Assembly: GCA_021785915.1 (NCBI GenBank)
Contig: JAJYEF010000001.1
Location: 1-48,910 of the forward strand
DNA: 48,910 nucleotides
DNA from: a bacterium
GTDB lineage: Bacteria > Patescibacteriota > Microgenomatia > Levybacterales > UBA12049
Reading direction: 5' to 3'
Part shown: positions 45,740 through 48,910 of the stretch, piece after piece
Layout of the letters: each line of letters opens with the position of its first letter
Position numbering within the stretch: the first letter of the stretch is position 1
Translations under genes and position numbers: made by a program
The notes under the pieces: model-generated
Databases searched by the model: none
What the model was told of the DNA's origin: nothing
Seen by the model: the letters and a program-made list of their open reading frames with translations, nothing else

Positions 45740-46387
45740 TTATTTCTCCTCCGATTTATGAATCCACACTTTTACGCCTATGTATCCTTTTTTTGTCAAT
45801 GCCGGATAACTTGCGTAGCTTATGTTCTCTCTGATTGTCGAAAGCGGGACAGTACCAACCTGCAACTTTTCCCGTCTTCCTATCTCCGCTCCACCTATCC
45901 TTCCGGATAATACAACCCTTACTCCCAAAGCTCCTGCACCCATAACTCTTTCTACGGTTGATGACATCACTCTTTTTGCCGGTAATCTTTTTATAAGCTG
46001 TTCCGAAATATTTTTTGCAACAAGGTATGCATCCAGGTTTGGATCCTTTATAGGTTCTACTTTAATATCGAGTTTATACTGTACTTTTGAATTTACCTTT
46101 TTAATGAACTCTTTCTGCAGAAAATTTTTAAGGTCTTCGAGTCCCGTTCCGCCTCTTCCTATAACCATGCCGGGTTTGGAAACATAAGCGGTTATTCTAA
46201 GGCTATTTATCGATCTTTCGATTTCTATTTCGGAAACTCCGGCATGCTTTAATCTTTCCATTAAAGCCTTTCTTATTTTAAAGTCTTCAAGCAAAAGTTT
46301 TTTGTAATTCTTGTCATCAAACCACCTGCTGCTCCAGGTGCTGAAAGAACCTAATCTTAATACTCTTGGATTAACTTTTTGTCCCAT
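45740..46387 (-). CDS. rpsC: 30S ribosomal protein S3 (uS3)
   Basis: [15 protein letters not shown] domain [17 protein letters not shown]. Confidence 0.97.
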   Translation of the reverse strand: MGQKVNPRVLRLGSFSTWSSRWFDDKNYKKLLLEDFKIRKALMERLKHAGVSEIEIERSINSLRITAYVSKPGMVIGRGGTGLEDLKNFLQKEFIKKVNSKVQYKLDIKVEPIKDPNLDAYLVAKNISEQLIKRLPAKRVMSSTVERVMGAGALGVRVVLSGRIGGAEIGRREKLQVGTVPLSTIRENISYASYPALTKKGYIGVKVWIHKSEEK

Positions 46388-46408
46388 AAATTGATTTTAA
46401 ATCCTAAA

Positions 46409-46810
46409 CTAGGACTTCTTCTCCTCCTTTTTATTAACTTTTTCTAAAACTTTTTGCAATTTTTCGTTTTTTGCCTCGCTCTGCCCGTTTGTCAAAACTA
46501 TCTCAATGTGACTTCCTCTTCTTTTATACGTGTGTACTCTTCCCCTCGTCGACGGGTGATACCTTTTATAAGAAGGCGCTTCTAAAACGTTTATAGATTT
46601 TATCTTCAAGGTATTTCTTTCCAGCTTATTGTTGTTAACGGCGTTTGCTGCAGCGCTTTCTAATGTCTTTCCCAGTGAAACTGCGCCCCTGTTTTTAATT
46701 ACAGAAAGACTATTTAAAGCATCATCCAAAGAAAGACTTCTGACCGAATCTGCTACTAGCCTTATCTTCCTTGGCGCCACCCTTACTGTTGATTTTGCAA
46801 TTATATCCAT
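46409..46810 (-). CDS. rplV: 50S ribosomal protein L22 (uL22)
   Basis: 133 aa. VRVAPRKIRLVADSVR, and position between rpsS and rpsC. Confidence 0.93.
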   Translation of the reverse strand: MDIIAKSTVRVAPRKIRLVADSVRSLSLDDALNSLSVIKNRGAVSLGKTLESAAANAVNNNKLERNTLKIKSINVLEAPSYKRYHPSTRGRVHTYKRRGSHIEIVLTNGQSEAKNEKLQKVLEKVNKKEEKKS

Positions 46811-46814
46811 ATTT

Positions 46815-47099
46815 TTAAGTCTTACTAATCTCCCTTGCCACCACTCTTCCGTGACTTCTAAACGTCCTGGTCGGAGAAAACTCCCCCAAACGATGTCCTA
46901 CCATCGCTTCCAGAACAAACACATTTATAAATGTTTTCCCGTTATAAACGGCGAGAGTATGCCCGACAAATTCGGGAGGAATTTGACAACTTCTGCTCCA
47001 TGTTTTAATGGGCGCTTTATCTCCTGTCTGTTTTTGTGCTAAAACTTTTTTTAATACTCTCGGGTCAACGTATGGACCTTTTTTTGCGCTTCTGCTCAT
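46815..47099 (-). CDS. rpsS: 30S ribosomal protein S19 (uS19)
   Basis: [34 protein letters not shown]. Confidence 0.97.
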   Translation of the reverse strand: MSRSAKKGPYVDPRVLKKVLAQKQTGDKAPIKTWSRSCQIPPEFVGHTLAVYNGKTFINVFVLEAMVGHRLGEFSPTRTFRSHGRVVAREISKT

Positions 47100-47101
47100 A
47101 A

Positions 47102-47854
47102 TTAACTGTGCTTTCCTTTCTTTCTGTGTTGTAATATCAATTTGTTCGAAAATTTCTTTGGACTTCTTGTTTTTCCTACCGCCTTACGGCCGGCAAAAGT
47201 TTTTGGAAGAGTCATTCCGATTCCCGACCTTCCTTCGCCACCTCCGTGAGGGTGGCTTCTCGGATTCTGCGCAACTCCTCTGACCGTCGGCCTTATTCCC
47301 ATATGTCTTTTTGTTCCGGCTTTTTTGAAGACCTTGTTTTTCCAATCGGCATTACCAAGACTTCCGACAGTCGCGTATCCTTTAATCAAGACTTTCCTTA
47401 CTTCTCCGGAAGGAAGCCTTAAATGTGCATAATTTCCTTCTTTTGCAGCAACTATTGCTCCCGTTCCCGAACTTCTTGCCATCTGTCCGCCTCTTCCCGG
47501 AACGATTTCTATATTATGCACCACTGTTCCTATTGGCATGGAAGATAAAGGCAACGAGTTGCCTACCCTGATGTCTACGCCCTCACCCGCTGCTACAATG
47601 TCGTTAAGCTTTAATCCTTCGGGTGCAAGTATGTACCTTTTCTCTCCGTCGCTGTACTGAACAAGAGCGATACCGGTTGTCCTATTGGGATCGTATTCCA
47701 AAGACATAACGCGCCCCTCTATATTTCTTTTATCTCGTTTAAAGTCGATAATCCTGAAATATCTTTTGTGTTCTCCTCCCTGATGTCGTACCGAAACTTG
47801 GCCTGATGCGTCTCTTCCCGAATTTTTCTTTTTTATAAGTTTAAGATTATCCAT
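47102..47854 (-). CDS. rplB: 50S ribosomal protein L2 (uL2), N-terminally short
   Basis: 250 aa. [46 protein letters not shown]. An in-frame TAA lies two codons upstream of the ATG. Confidence 0.95.
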   Translation of the reverse strand: MDNLKLIKKKNSGRDASGQVSVRHQGGEHKRYFRIIDFKRDKRNIEGRVMSLEYDPNRTTGIALVQYSDGEKRYILAPEGLKLNDIVAAGEGVDIRVGNSLPLSSMPIGTVVHNIEIVPGRGGQMARSSGTGAIVAAKEGNYAHLRLPSGEVRKVLIKGYATVGSLGNADWKNKVFKKAGTKRHMGIRPTVRGVAQNPRSHPHGGGEGRSGIGMTLPKTFAGRKAVGKTRSPKKFSNKLILQHRKKGKHS

Positions 47855-47861
47855 AAATTAT

Positions 47862-48152
47862 TTACTCCTTTGCTCCCGCGTCAAATATTGATATTTTTTG
47901 GCCTTCTTTTACCAGAACTACGGCTTTTTTAAACGGGCTTTGAGAAAATTCAAGCATTCTTTGCCCAACTTTTACAGACCTTCCTTTAATTCTTATTGTA
48001 GAAACTTTCAAAACGTTTACTTTAAACCTTTTTTCAACCTCTTTCTTAATTCCCTCTTTGGTTGCCTTATTAGAAACCTTAAAGGTGTATCTACCCCTAG
48101 CTGCTTCGTTCATGGACTTTTCGCTTATAACCGGTCCTATCAAATTATTCAT
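47862..48152 (-). CDS. rplW: 50S ribosomal protein L23 (uL23)
   Basis: 96 aa. ISEKS...YTFKV...KVN pattern between rplD and rplB. Confidence 0.93.
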   Translation of the reverse strand: MNNLIGPVISEKSMNEAARGRYTFKVSNKATKEGIKKEVEKRFKVNVLKVSTIRIKGRSVKVGQRMLEFSQSPFKKAVVLVKEGQKISIFDAGAKE

Positions 48153-48153
48153 A

Positions 48154-48780
48154 TTAGTCTTTTAGAAAATTCTCCTTTAAAGAGTCTATTGAGTTTTTCA
48201 TAAAGAGTATCCTTCTGTTTGCCAAAATCTCATAAGTATTCAAGAGGTTTGACGGAAGAATGCTTACCCCTTCAATATTTTTTGCCATTCTTGATATATT
48301 TCTTAACTCCTCATTATGCTTAACTTCCGGCTCTGTTCGTTTTGAAGCGGGGGTTTTTTTAGAATCACTTCTTTCCGCGCCGCTTAGGGCAAAAGACGGA
48401 GTTACTAAAAGAATCCTTTTATTTTTTTCGTTTAAGCTCAATTTATTGATTACGTCTGCCATATTTTTTGTTTTAGGCTCTAGTTTTTCAAGACCGGATA
48501 CAACAATTATTGCGCCGTCTTTTAATTTTGCCGAGAGTGCGCTAAAAAGAGCTGCTCTTTTTGCTTTTTGAGGCAACTTTAAAGAATAATCTCTCGGCTT
48601 AGGACCAAATGCTATTCCTCCTCCGACGAATATAGGAGCAGAAGCGGCGCCGTGTCTCGCGCGTCCGGTCCCTTTTTGTCTGTATATCTTTTTAGTAGAT
48701 ATTTTGACTTCACCTCTGGATTTAGTTCTTACTGTCCCTCCCCTCTGATTCGCAAGGTATACCCTTACAGCCTGTGCCAT
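48154..48780 (-). CDS. rplD: 50S ribosomal protein L4 (uL4); true start probably upstream of the track ATG
   Basis: LANQRGGT...RQKGTGRARHG. The same frame stays open to the window edge and encodes the usual uL4 N-terminus (KLSVYGTSGRSAETISLPKEIFEAKINSDL) upstream of 48780. Confidence 0.9.
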   Translation of the reverse strand: MAQAVRVYLANQRGGTVRTKSRGEVKISTKKIYRQKGTGRARHGAASAPIFVGGGIAFGPKPRDYSLKLPQKAKRAALFSALSAKLKDGAIIVVSGLEKLEPKTKNMADVINKLSLNEKNKRILLVTPSFALSGAERSDSKKTPASKRTEPEVKHNEELRNISRMAKNIEGVSILPSNLLNTYEILANRRILFMKNSIDSLKENFLKD

Positions 48781-48910
48781 TAAATCGCTGTTTATCTTTG
48801 CTTCAAAAATTTCTTTGGGAAGGCTTATTGTCTCGGCTGAACGTCCACTAGTACCGTAAACGCTTAACTTAAGCCCGGTTTGCTTGGGAAGTTCTCGTAC
48901 TGAACTTGCT

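Noticed and set aside
1-48910. Search by eye for CRISPR arrays, transposases, integrases, toxin-antitoxin pairs and phage genes.
   Set aside because: No regularly spaced repeats or mobile-element or defence-type ORFs were seen. The long antisense ORFs in the track (for example 2768-3244, 7130-7543, 20161-20544, 27664-28068, 45822-46187) all lie inside well-supported genes and are shadow ORFs.
48862-48910. C-terminal end of rplC (uL3), expected from operon order.
   Set aside because: Only about 40-50 nt would be in the window, and neither candidate frame (ending ...SQANRA or ...SKPGLS) is recognisable as uL3, so no feature was called.

Overview
AT-rich, almost fully coding bacterial DNA with short or overlapping gene junctions. 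It probably comes from a small-genome Patescibacteria/CPR-type organism. This rests on the absence of L30 between rpsE and rplO, several oddly shaped ribosomal proteins, a class I LysRS, and many TPR-tailed GT-C membrane proteins. TGA is used as a stop codon, so the standard code 11 applies. No searches were run, so all product calls come from motifs read in the supplied translations and from gene order.

Gene content:
- 48-6043: three large GT-C/TPR membrane proteins plus two small membrane ORFs.
- 6061-17180 (minus strand): secA, serS, a HAM1/RdgB NTPase, class I lysS, tdh-kbl, greA, and an anchored solute-binding protein.
- 17222-25113 (plus strand): VanW, an HldE-II-like nucleotidyltransferase, DUF192, tsaD, rmuC, a cupredoxin-like protein, and a UvrD helicase fused to a Cas4-like nuclease.
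- 25215-25608: an RNase P RNA that the ORF track cannot show.
- 25551-30066 (minus strand): an AI-2E transporter, hup, rny, recX and recA.
- 30118-30320: a tRNA-Pro locus with unusual nested architecture.
- 30392-33428: an idsA-ispH-idi module and a DUF488 gene.
- 33430-48910 (minus strand): rpsI-rplM and the S10/spc/alpha ribosomal superoperon from rplD to rplQ, including secY, adk, map, infA and rpmJ.

No CRISPR array, transposase, integrase or recognisable defence cassette was seen.

Best candidates for something undescribed:
1. tRNA-Pro(GGG) clamped by a perfect 15-bp inverted repeat and nested between the two halves of a second tRNA-like molecule.
2. A Shine-Dalgarno-led poly-lysine mini-ORF, palindromes and a terminator just upstream of secA.
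3. rnpB overlapping the 3' end of a convergent CDS in antisense.
4. A decayed NMP-kinase relic and an archaeal-type P-loop kinase inside the spc operon.
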